Below, in pieces: positions 12,496 through 23,731 of a stretch of DNA of 64,000 nucleotides. Source of the DNA: Psilocybe cubensis (Eukaryota); contig CM039003.1 of the NCBI GenBank assembly GCA_017499595.2, positions 2,542,001-2,606,000 of the forward strand, written 5' to 3'. A model generated the notes under the pieces. It had not been told where the DNA came from. It worked only from the letters and a program-made list of their open reading frames with translations, and made no database searches. The translations under genes and the position numbers were made by a program. How positions within the stretch are numbered: the stretch's first letter is position 1; every line of letters starts with the position of its first letter.

Positions 12496-14259
12496 ATGAT
12501 TCCGACCTCATTATCTCATCTACCCACAGAACTCCTTCTAATAGTACTAGAGGAATTAAGACCAAAGGACATCTTGAACATGGGCAAAGTGTGCCGCCAA
12601 CTGAACCAAATATCTATACCCTACCTCCTCAAGACATCGGACGTACTGCATCCAGAGTCCATTTGTGTCGTAAAACCGAGTTCGCACCGATACTGTACAG
12701 AAGAACTCGCAGCGTTGGCTATAAATTTCTCACTTACCACTATCGGCCATTTCTACTGTATAATATCCCACAGGCGCAACTTGTCGGAAGAATGGTACAT
12801 TCCGCCTTCCCATATTTCATGGCTTATATCTATCATTTGTCGAGTCAACTCATTTCTATCACGGACGACTTCGGTAGGCACCGTCACTTTGGTAATAGAT
12901 TCATGGGGTACCGGATGGTCCTTACGCTCCGAGGCCGTGCAGGACTTCGTGGCATCTGTTCTTGACCTTGTTCACACTGCTACTCAAAAATCATCCACAT
13001 CTCTCCAGATATTACAGTTTAATCCTTCTGTCGAAACAAACTACATCTTCAAACATTTTCAAGAACCTCAAGGTTCCAGGCTAGTGAGGAGATTCCAGCA
13101 CCTTACAAGTTGCTTAATGAACAAGCATTTCGACGCCAAAATGGAGACCAACTTTTCTGGTAAAGGTTGGAAATACCAAAATATTCCATCCTTTTCTCCC
13201 ATTCAAAGAGCTCTACCGCGTGTTCTCCAGAGCAATTTGACGCATATCGACCTCAATTCCGACTTCCTTCTCGTACCCCCCACCTCAGCCTGGACATTTG
13301 AAATGCTCAGGTCTTCCCCAATTGTCACCCTGACTGTTTCTATCCGAGGTCGAATACAAAAAGAAGAATTTACAAGTTATGTCTTCCCCGCAATCGCAGC
13401 ATCTGTTCCTGGGCTTCAGAGCCTACGAATCACATTTCTCGATGACGATTTCTTGACGGTTGTGGTGGACAATCTATATCGGCTTCCACTCCTACGCAAA
13501 ATGGTAGTTGGGCTATCGTTTTCCAGAGGTTATGCATTGTCAACATCTATCCCTACGATTAAACGTATCAAACTTGATCATTTTACGACATTTACAGGTT
13601 CATCGGAACAAGCTGCTTATTTTGTCCAGATCCCGATTATGCTACCCAACCTGCAGTTTATTAACGTGATCAACGACTCATATTTTCAGTCATACACATT
13701 TGAAACGGATTATATGGCTATTGCAGCGCATTTCGGCATCATCAATCGCAGAATGTTGGAGATGAACATTCATCCTTCTATCAGCCTTTGTTTGGCCAAC
13801 CAGAACAACATTGGGGACAGCATTGCATCAACAGTCCCAGCCGATATTATTGGCTCCGATTGTTCTCAACATTTCACAATAATATCTTGCTTGACACTGA
13901 AAGTGGTGTATCATCTGCCGCCTGCTGAAACTGCGGAAACCCACCTGACCTACGATTTACTCGTTGATTACACTTTATCCTGGTTGAACCTATTTCAAGA
14001 CTTGAGATATCTCACACTTTTGGTAAAATGTAATCGACCCATAGACGACTCGGTACAATCGTACATCGTGTCGTTGATAAAGGCTCGCTTTCCCAAGATG
14101 GTGTCCGTCAATCTCGTGAATCTTACCGTTGAACCAGACAAACAACATTACCACTGGTCGAACGCTCATAGCGATTGGGGAAGGGGAACCTATGATATTC
14201 CGACGACATTAGAGTATGAACGAAAGTCTCGCGAACTATGTGTATGTTCTCACTTTTAG
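12496..14259 (+). CDS. Intronless F-box protein (copy 1)
   Basis: Single ORF with N-terminal F-box LSHLPTELLLIVLEELRPKDILNMGKVCRQLN, followed by a Leu-rich/RNI-like body. Confidence 0.8.
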   Translation: MIPTSLSHLPTELLLIVLEELRPKDILNMGKVCRQLNQISIPYLLKTSDVLHPESICVVKPSSHRYCTEELAALAINFSLTTIGHFYCIISHRRNLSEEWYIPPSHISWLISIICRVNSFLSRTTSVGTVTLVIDSWGTGWSLRSEAVQDFVASVLDLVHTATQKSSTSLQILQFNPSVETNYIFKHFQEPQGSRLVRRFQHLTSCLMNKHFDAKMETNFSGKGWKYQNIPSFSPIQRALPRVLQSNLTHIDLNSDFLLVPPTSAWTFEMLRSSPIVTLTVSIRGRIQKEEFTSYVFPAIAASVPGLQSLRITFLDDDFLTVVVDNLYRLPLLRKMVVGLSFSRGYALSTSIPTIKRIKLDHFTTFTGSSEQAAYFVQIPIMLPNLQFINVINDSYFQSYTFETDYMAIAAHFGIINRRMLEMNIHPSISLCLANQNNIGDSIASTVPADIIGSDCSQHFTIISCLTLKVVYHLPPAETAETHLTYDLLVDYTLSWLNLFQDLRYLTLLVKCNRPIDDSVQSYIVSLIKARFPKMVSVNLVNLTVEPDKQHYHWSNAHSDWGRGTYDIPTTLEYERKSRELCVCSHF

Positions 14260-14765
14260 AGTAACATGGTAGTGTGTCCTTACTACTTTTCAAATGGAGA
14301 ACCTAGATGTCAATATTATTGAATTTTACATACTACTACTTGCTTTTACTCACTGCCACTCTGTCCTAGTCTCTCCTAGATAGACCACTGTCCTGTACAA
14401 GACAATGTAAGGGCCAATTGCATCGTTTTAGTACAACTGCTCCGTTTTTGTGCAATAGTCGCCACGTTATGTCGAATTTTATGATGAGCCAGGGAGCATC
14501 CAAAACATATGAATACTCTGCAATAATCGTGAAATTCGCAGAAAATTGTCCAAGTTTGCCACATTGAAAGCGATCAAAGCTGACTTTCAAATTGTGTCCA
14601 ATTGGCAATTCCCATCAGCTCCGATCGGAGTTACTAGTACTACTTGCTTTCATCCTCAACTCTTCAAGCTTCAAGCTTCACCGGTCACCCCATCCTTTAG
14701 TGTAAAAAGCGCTGTATCTTGTTTTCTCTTACGGCTAGTTACCACCACCTACCGTCGGCTACACC

Positions 14766-16517
14766 ATGATTTCGACGTCGCTAATACACATGCCCACCGA
14801 ACTTCTTTTAAATGTTTTAGAAGATTTGAGGCCAAAGGACATCTTGAACATGGCCAAAGCCTGTCGCCGACTCAACCTAATCGCTATACCGTATTTACTC
14901 AAGGAAATGGGATTACCAGATCCAGAAGAATTCTGCGTTGTAAAGGCTAGCTCACACCGATATACGGACGAGCTTGCAGCATTGTCCGTTTATTTCCCAC
15001 TTTTATCTATCAACCATTTCTACTGTATAATATCTCACAGGCGCGACTTGGAGGATTCATTCATTCCACCATCTCACATCTCGTGGCTGATAGATAACAT
15101 TCGTCGTGTTAACATTCTGCTCTCACGGCTCTCTTCTGTAGGCACTTTCAGTCTCGTAATAGATTCATGGGGTAGTGGATGGTCCTTACGCTCCGAGATT
15201 GTGCAGGGGTTTGTGGCATGGGTTATCGACCTGGTTCATACTGCTATGCGGAAATCCTGTGCATCCCTCCAGATACTCCATTGCCATCCCACAACAGTCG
15301 AGACAAACTACAATTTCGAACTGCTCAGAGAACGCTCCGGCCCAAAATTAGTAAGAACGATACGGGACCGTATACATCGTTTGTTTACCAGGACAACTCA
15401 ATTGGAAGATCCACAATTCGTCGGCAATGGATGGAGATATCGCAAGGCCCCCTCTCTTGGTCCCTTCCGTTGCGTTCTCCCCCGTATGCCCCAAAGCGCT
15501 CTCACGCGCTTAGATATCGATTCCGAATTCCTTCTCGTACCCCCTTTCTCGGCGTGGACATTTGAAGTGTTGAGGTCCTCGCCGATAATTACCTTGGTAT
15601 TTTCGCTGCCGAGCTGTATCACAAAGAAAGAGTTCTCTGTTTACCATTTCCCCCGAATTGCAGCATCCGTCCCAAAGCTTCTGGAACTTCGATGCTCGTT
15701 TCCTGATGAAGGATTTTTGAATACTGTGGTGGAGAATCTACATCAAACGCCACTCCTTCGTAAACTGGTTTGCAGCCTATCATTCTCCAACGAATCAATA
15801 TCTCTTCCATCTATCCCTCGTACAATTCCAATTATTAAACTTGTTCATCTCACTTCATTCACGGGTTCTCCGGACCAGGCAGCTTGTTTTCTTCGATACC
15901 CCGTCGTATTACCTAGCCTGCAATTTATCAACTTGATCAGCGACTCGTATTATCAGTCGCAAACATTTGATACGGATTATACGGGTGTTGCGGCTCATTT
16001 CGCTTCAATTAATCGCAGAATGATGGAAATGAATATCAATCCCTGTATCAGCCTCTGCTTGGCAAATCAATGTGTCGTTTTGCACGGCATTGCATTAGTA
16101 CCCGATGGGATTACCGATTGCTTCCAACAGTTTTCAATAGTATCTCGTCTGACGTTGGAAGTAGTTTATCAACATCCGTCTGCTGAAACTGAAGAAACGT
16201 CTCCAACCCATGATTCACTTATCCATTATACATTCTCCTGGATGAACGTATTCCGAGGCCTGCGATATCTCACACTTGCGGTGAAGTGTAATAAAGCTAT
16301 TGACGATCCATCAAAATTGCACATCGTGTCCTCAATAAAGAACCGCTTCCCCGAAATGGTGTCGGTCAATCTCGTAAATCTCACCATTGAACCTAGGAAA
16401 TATCACTACCACTGGTCAAATGCTCATGACGATTGGGAACGGGGAACTTACAATATACCAATGACACCATCGTATGAAAGGAAGTCTCGTGAACTATGCG
16501 TATGTTCGGACTTTTAG
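14766..16517 (+). CDS. Intronless F-box protein (copy 2, tandem paralog)
   Basis: F-box LIHMPTELLLNVLEDLRPKDILNMAKACRRLN; colinear with copy 1 over its whole length. Confidence 0.8.
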   Translation: MISTSLIHMPTELLLNVLEDLRPKDILNMAKACRRLNLIAIPYLLKEMGLPDPEEFCVVKASSHRYTDELAALSVYFPLLSINHFYCIISHRRDLEDSFIPPSHISWLIDNIRRVNILLSRLSSVGTFSLVIDSWGSGWSLRSEIVQGFVAWVIDLVHTAMRKSCASLQILHCHPTTVETNYNFELLRERSGPKLVRTIRDRIHRLFTRTTQLEDPQFVGNGWRYRKAPSLGPFRCVLPRMPQSALTRLDIDSEFLLVPPFSAWTFEVLRSSPIITLVFSLPSCITKKEFSVYHFPRIAASVPKLLELRCSFPDEGFLNTVVENLHQTPLLRKLVCSLSFSNESISLPSIPRTIPIIKLVHLTSFTGSPDQAACFLRYPVVLPSLQFINLISDSYYQSQTFDTDYTGVAAHFASINRRMMEMNINPCISLCLANQCVVLHGIALVPDGITDCFQQFSIVSRLTLEVVYQHPSAETEETSPTHDSLIHYTFSWMNVFRGLRYLTLAVKCNKAIDDPSKLHIVSSIKNRFPEMVSVNLVNLTIEPRKYHYHWSNAHDDWERGTYNIPMTPSYERKSRELCVCSDF

Positions 16518-16612
16518 AGCATCCATCCATCCGTCATCTCCTACGGCTTCGCACATGAAGGACACATTTGGTTGTTATTTATTGCATTATTAACTGATCT
16601 GTCTTGTACTAT

Positions 16613-17732
16613 TTATACAGAAACCTGGATTGTAGCGCTAACATCACTGTTCTTTTCCATCAGACAAATGGCTGCCTTAACGCGCTCTGCCAGAGATCCA
16701 TCCTTAAAGACCTTGATTTGTTTAGGCAACATGAAATCAGGCAGCGCCAGCAGCTTAGGAAGGGTACTTTGTATGATATGATCGCCAAGTTCCTTGTCAT
16801 GTAATAGGGAAAACACAACTGCACGTCTCAACGTCACTCCCTCCGGAACCTTGGATGGTGCGAGTCGAATAATGTAAGCCAAGAGCGCAGATTCTTTCTT
16901 CATCTCTGTTGGACGAACGACTTCAAGAACACAATCCCAGCCATGCTCATCCGCCTGGCAAACAAGCCCGATGGAGATGTCTGGGTACTTCGAGAGGATG
17001 TGCTTTGCCACCTGGGATTCATTCCGATCGAAGACGTCTGTTGCTCCAAGGGATTTTAAGTTATCCTTTTGCTTGGTAGATGCTACTGCCAGGATGGTTC
17101 TATAACCAGCAATTTTAAGGGCGAGGATGGCGTACATGCCACTGCCTGTTGCAGCACCCCATATGATGATCTTTCGCTGTGCTTTTTCCGCCTCTGTGGG
17201 GTGCAGTGGCAGGTTCAGTCCCTCTTTCATGTGGAGGGCTACCATCACGGCAGCATATCGATGAGCTATGGTCGATGCCTGCTCCGCTGAGATTTTGTCT
17301 GGCTTGGGACAGAGATATTTTCGTGAAATCACGATCTGCTCCTGCAGTGCTCCAACCTGATAACTAACACCTAACACCTGGGAGATGGTACGGGTCATTC
17401 TATATTGTGTACTTCCGTTGCGAGGAAGTTGTTTCTCTTACCCAATCTCCTGGTTTCAGATCTTTCACGTCACTTCCAATGTGAAGAATTTGACCTGACC
17501 ATTCCCGCCCAAGGATATATGGGTATTCAGTGATATATGCGCCTGATTTAACCTGGTTAACATCTATGTGGTTGAGCCCGCAGTATGCCACTTGGGCGAT
17601 GATTTCGTCGGGTCTCAATTGCTTAGGGTCTGGTTTAGGGAGTCTGTATTCTTGAACATCTCTTGCTTCAGTTGTGGCGATCGCGAGGGATAGTGAAGAA
17701 GAATTTGGACGGTTGTTCTCTTGAGAGGTCAT
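16613..17732 (-). CDS. MDR-superfamily (GroES-like) NADPH oxidoreductase, trans-enoyl/quinone reductase-like
   Basis: YCGLNHID, YPYILGREWSG, VKDLKPGDW and Rossmann motif IIIWGAATGSG; one short intron near 17390-17442. Confidence 0.8.
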
Positions 17733-18440
17733 GTTGCTTGCTGATGGCTGCAGAAGTCAAAGATAGTCGAATTTTCGAAGATGGTGGAAGGGAACGGAAC
17801 CACTAAATTTACTCACAAAAACACAAAAGAAAGCTCACAACGCCATTTTGTCACAGTGAGACACTTTGTAAATTTACATTTAACATGATAAACAAGCCAA
17901 GAATCTGAACAAACAAGAGCTCCTACCATGGCTACACAAATTTTATCGTTGAACGATGTTTTCCAGTGGTGGAGTATAGCGGCTCAGCTTTAGTGTTGTG
18001 CTAGCGAATATATGCGCCTGAAAACATGTTTTATAACAAATAAAGGCATCCTGGGACAAACATGATAGATCATGGTAGCGATACGGAGTAGGGGTTTAAA
18101 AACTTACTTTGAACTTATTAATTTACAATGATTGTCCAGAATGCCAGTGTTGCTTTGTGAATAAATGAACTCACCAGGGTGGAATTAGCCTGGTCTCATT
18201 TTACAGAGTCAAGCGTACAGGTCGTTTTCATTGAGACTTGTCGGCGTTCACACCAGGTTCGACGGTCATATAAACCAATCTTAATCATCATTGATTCACT
18301 GCAGGTTCATTGACTTGTCTCAGAACACGCCTGGTCACATGCACGTGACTGTCATCAATTGAATCACAAACTATCGTCGTGGCGGTGCTCAAGGATTCTC
18401 CTCACTCATTCCACCTCTCTCACTTCACGTTCATTGGATC

Positions 18441-19877
18441 ATGTCACGGCACGAAGAAGTACTACAAAAGCTCAATCCTAATCTAGATACAAGACTGTAT
18501 GGAGAGGAACTAATGCGACAAGTCAGCATAAAAACTGGCCCAGGATCAGGCTACAATATGGATAAATACCTTGTTGGAATACCTGCAGTGTGTATGCGAA
18601 TAGCTTCTGAAAGGCGTGTCTCTTTAAAATTATAACGCGTATGAAAACTTATGTTCTGTCTTGTAGACTCAACAACGGCGATGTATCTGAACTTTCTGCG
18701 CGAACTAATTCATGCATCGCCCCCGCAGAATATAGGAAATTATACGATATTGTTTACAAGATTGTCGATGAAATGGAGAAAAGAGAGATCGAATATGATG
18801 TCCTCCACGAAAGATACGGGACACAATCGCTGCATTCTGCTCTACAAACCTTCTTCATTCAAGTCGAGAAAGAGTTACTGCGTCTTGACAAGTTACTGAA
18901 ATTACAGATGAAGATCGTCACTGCTACTGCGTACTTCTGGGTCTGTGTATCTGCAAAGGTGAGATAAACCTTTCGAACTTTAATGTGCTGCTGACAATAC
19001 GAAGTTCAAAACCATACCAGATACAATGGTTTACAGCAAGCAACTGGACTTACACATGAAAAACTTTGTTCATCTACTCGAGCTTCTAAATGAGAACTGC
19101 AGTGCTCTCAAGAAATCAATCGAGCGTAAATTCAAGGGGAAAATTCCGTCTCTCACAATTGATAGCAACGTTGCCGTCGCTTCAACACCTCGCCAATCAC
19201 CTCGGAAGAATATTAACGACATAGTTGAAGAACCAATGACTCCTTCCAAACGACAGACGCGTCAAAGCAATTCAGACCTACAGGCTATGCTTGCAACCTC
19301 CCCAATAAAACGTGTAACCATGCCTTCTCCCACCAAAATCGCTCAGCCATCACCATTGCGTGGGCTTCCAGGGAAAAAGGTTCCCATTCGCGAACTCCCC
19401 TCCAAAGATAGTCCGAAGAAGAGAGCCGTCGAAAAAAATGGCGCTGATGACATGGATATAAATTCTCCAGCAATCACCGAGTCACCCTCGAAGAAGAGAA
19501 AGGTAGAGTCGCCTATCAAGGCCATCGCAGAATTTTCTTCTGTCGTCGCTTCTCCAAGCACACGGAAGACCTCAGTGGTGCCCGAGGTTCTGATTACATC
19601 TGTAAAAAAGAACGTCGTGGATACCACGCATGCTTCTGCTTTGCGCTCAAGTCCACGAAAACAAGAGGTAGTTGTCGAAAGCGAATCGTCATCTGATGAA
19701 AGTGAACCCGAAATGAATTCATCGAGGCGGCGTTTCCGACCTGTATATCTAGATCTCAAGCAGTGGAACGCCCGAGATCCGCGACTCGATAGGATATGGA
19801 AGAAAGCAGGCAAGCAATGCAGAAAGCTTGCAGCGGCTGGGCCACCCGGAGAGTCGGACAGCATGGAGATTGACTGA
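18441..19877 (+). CDS. ORC6: Probable origin recognition complex subunit 6
   Basis: Helical N-terminus with GIPAVCMRIASERLNNGDVS...SCIAPAEY, then an S/T-P-rich tail with many CDK-like sites and a terminal RRFRPVYLD motif. Family assignment is from recall. Confidence 0.6.
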
Positions 19878-20201
19878 ACAGACTGACATTTATGTATGTA
19901 TTTATGTCTCGGCTTCGCCTCATTTTGTACTTGTACGACCTACAAACTTCTACACACCTCCCTATCGCAATGCATATTGGAAATTTGAAAGCCTATTGGT
20001 TCTCGATTGCATGTTTCCGGAGACAATAAGAGGTGATTTGGCTCTTGCCCAATCGGACTACGGACGTCAGAATCTAATCTTGTCCTCTTATCTAAATCTA
20101 GCATGCGTTTCTTTGCTCTTGAGCCACCACCACCACCATCGAGAACGAACGTTCGACTGGCGAAAACGAACTCTTAAAAACGGCACTTCACGAACGCTAC
20201 G

Positions 20202-23200
20202 ATGACCACAGTAAAAGAGCCTGTTCTCGAAGTCGAAGCACCTTCACCAACAATTGGCACACCGACTATGGGTTCCTCCATCTCTGGCATCCTCCATATC
20301 CCGGAGTCAAAGGATGGTTTCTTTGGTTACAATGAAGAGAAGAGTTTGCAGCATGTATGAATTAGGATGATACGGACAGTCCTTGAACTGACGGGGCTCG
20401 TACATCCTTTAGATTGAGGAGAAGTACTGGGCACACCGTCGAGGATCCGACGCCCATTCTGAAGCGAGTCACAAACCAATCCTTCACCAACAACATGCTG
20501 TCGGAGACGTATTCGACGAAGATGAAGAAAACCTGGGTAAACTCAAGCAACTTACTGGAGAGACCCATGCCGCAGGTATGCCCCCATATCTCGCCTTCGT
20601 GACTTCGAAACTGACAGGTCTCGTTGGCAGAGGTAATCCTGAATGCAGAGACTTTACACCTTCTTCAATCGCTTCAGAAATGTCTTGAGCTACGCGACAA
20701 GTATATGATCAAATCGCGCCAGCGCCTCGGTGATGATCCGCGCGACTATGATGGGCATTTCAAACCACTGGGCGACGATTACGCGGACGTGTCTGGTGTT
20801 CGTCCCGATGTCCCGGCACTCAGTACCTCTGAGCCCAAGTCACAGCAAAATTCGTTCAAGAAATGGAACATATATCCCAAGCCGCCACCACCTCACTGGC
20901 ATTGGAAGGATAAGGAGGTCATCAGCGCTGACGGGACGCGTAAATCGGGCGACGACGAATTCGAATTTGCAAATTGCGAAATTCCAGGAGAACATAAAGG
21001 GTGGTCGTATGAGATTGATGTAAAGGGTGTATTTCAAGTCTACGACGATACTGAAGGTGCGTCAATAGTGGTTTTGTTTTTGTAGAATTATTGCTCATTG
21101 TCTACAGTTACGGTCAAGGAAGAAGAGATGAAACCGGAAAAGAAGCCTGCATTCGATATCCCAGATATCCGCGAATACTTCCTCGACCTTGAATATGTTC
21201 TCGGCGTCATCGCGGATGGCCCAACCAAAAGTTTTGCATACCGCAGATTGAAATATCTTTCGAGCAAATTCACTATGTATAGTCTTTTGAACGAATTTCA
21301 AGAACTGGCGGATATGAAGGTATGTGTTATGTGATATTCCGCCGAACGTATTACTGATTTGCCTGTAGAAAGTTCCTCATCGGTATATATTCTGAGATTG
21401 CACTTTTGCTGCGTGGTGCTGAACAAAATATCAAAGTGACTTTTACAATGTGCGTAAAGTGGATACCCACGTTCATCACTCGAGCAGCATGAACCAGAAA
21501 CATTTGCTACGCTTTATCAAGTCCAAAATGAAGCGCAGCCCCAACGTGCGTAATTTTCCAAAAAAATCCGCTCCGATCTTGATAAATTTATCACAGGATG
21601 TGGTCATTTTCCGAGATGGGCAACATCTGACTCTATCGCAAGTGTTTGAATCGCTCAAGCTGACGGCATACGATCTTTCCATCGATACCCTTGACATGCA
21701 CGCTCATCAGGACTCTTTCCATCGATTCGATAAATTCAATCTGAAGTATAATCCTATCGGAGAATCTCGCTTGAGGGAGATCTTCCTCAAAACTGATAAT
21801 TATATCCATGGCCGCTATCTTGCAGAACTTACGAAAGGTTGGGCTGACTTCTTCCTCGTTGTGAACAGCATTGTTTACCATTTATTATTTTCACAGAGTT
21901 GATGAATGATTTGGAACAGAGCAAATACCAGGTGTGTATAGATCTTCTATCTTGGCCTCCATGCGCTGAGAATATTTGTCTCTCTAGAATGTGGAATGGC
22001 GTGTCAGTATTTATGGCAGAAGCCTAGACGAGTGGGACAAACTGGCGAAATGGATCGTTAACAATAAACTGTTCTCGCACAATGTTCGATGGCTTATACA
22101 AGTACCTCGAATCTACGAGGTTTACAAGGCGAATGGTTCCGTCAAAACATACGAAGATATCGTCGTTAGTAAGTGCATCATTTTTTTCTAGGACAAATTT
22201 ATAAATTGTCTCAGATGTCTTCAAGCCTTTGTTCGAAGTCACAAAAGATCCCAGAAGCCACCCTGAACTTCATGTCTTCCTCCAGCGTGTAGTCGGATTC
22301 GACACTGTCGATGACGAGTCGAAGATCGAACGGCGAATCCATAAGAAGTTCCCCTATCCAAGGTTATGGGATTTCCCCCAATCACCTCCATACTCTTACT
22401 GGTACGTGTCAATGTTTCTTCTGCACATGAGGGCATAACTCATTTTCATTGTAGGCTGTATTACATGTTTGCTAACATGGCCAGTTTGAACAATTGGCGA
22501 CGACTACGTGGTTTCAGTAAGCATATATGTAAAGGGTACTATCTAGAGCGTAGCTGAAAATTGTCTCCTAGACACCTTTGTTTTCCGACCTCACTGTGGT
22601 GAAGCAGGAGATACCGACCATCTCACATCCGCTTTCCTTACCTCTCATTCCATTTCGCACGGAATCCTGCTGCGCAAGGTACCAGCACTCCAATATCTTT
22701 TCTATTTGAAGCAGATCGGCATCGCTATGAGCCCTCTCAGCAATAATGCACTATTCCTGACATATGAGCGGAATCCTCTGCCCGACTTTTTCAAGACCGG
22801 GTTGAACGTCAGTTTGAGCACTGATGATCCTTTGCAATTCCATTTCACCAAGGTCTGTTGGTTTGAAAGAGTCCTCCGAGTTGTACGGCCTGACAGTCTG
22901 TTACCGCCCGTGTTTTAGGAACCGCTACTGGAGGAGTACAGCGTCGCCGCCCATGTGAGTTACGAGCGTTGCATGGATATGCATGTCATGCAGGCGACTG
23001 ACGGTGGATTTAGATTCTTAAGCTGCCTCAAAGTTCTTTGGCCGAACTCGCCCGCAACTCGGTGAAACAGAGCGGGTTTGAGATGGAAGTCAAGCGGCAC
23101 TGGCTCGGCGACAAGTGGTACCTCCCGGGCGCTGCTGGCAACGACATCAACAAGGTCAGATATCATGTCTATTTCTACTTGCGACAGGATGATTAAACTT

Positions 23201-23394
23201 GAGGGGTATCTTAGACGAATGTGCCGAACATCAGATTGGCGTACCGCCAGCAAACCCTTCTGGGTGAGCTGGACATGATCAAGGGGAAATCTTCTGGGCC
23301 GCAGAGCTCGAATCAGAGCCCAGCTGTGCGAGAGACTATTTTGCCTACTGCCGACGTTGTAGCTGCCAAGACGATGGCGAAGGCACCTGCGTAA
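20202..23394 (+). CDS. AMD1: AMP deaminase
   Basis: [76 protein letters not shown]; last visible exon [11 protein letters not shown]...KAPA-TAA (23392-23394). Confidence 0.96.
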
Positions 23395-23577
23395 TGTAAG
23401 GTTCTCACTGTGGTCTGCAATGCAGCACGAAAGGTAACCTAATAACGAAGTTATATAAAGAATGGAGTATGTACCAGTAGTACATACCTAATAACGAAGT
23501 GGTCAAAGCTAAAGGATATACTGTATCTACGAAGGAGGATAACAGCGCGGGATCACGTGTGTGGTCATATCATGACA
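23395..23577 (-). repeat. 3' LTR (183 bp)
   Basis: TGTAAGG...CATGACA on +; no difference from 29228-29410 seen by eye. Confidence 0.97.
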
Positions 23578-23592
23578 CCACACCCCCTCTTG
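23578..23592 (-). promoter_or_regulatory. Polypurine tract for plus-strand priming
   Basis: Minus strand reads AAGAGGGGGTGTGG immediately before the 3' LTR. Confidence 0.85.
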
Positions 23593-23731
23593 AAGACAGA
23601 GAAATGAAGAGGAGAAATAGAAAGACAAAAGAAAGCACGAAATATCAAAGAAAGAAAGAAACTAAAAATAGATCGAACGGCCGGCACGCCAAAGAAGAGA
23701 GGAAGAGAAAAAAAAAGAACCACAGGCCACG

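Noticed and set aside
17965-18025. GGTGGAGTATAGCGGCTCAG resembles a tRNA 5' half
   Set aside because: No T-loop (GTTCRA) or acceptor-stem pairing could be built.
23441-23454. ACGAAGTTAT in the LTR matches 10 nt of a loxP arm
   Set aside because: No 13-8-13 inverted structure and no vector sequence; it is part of the LTR's own repeat.
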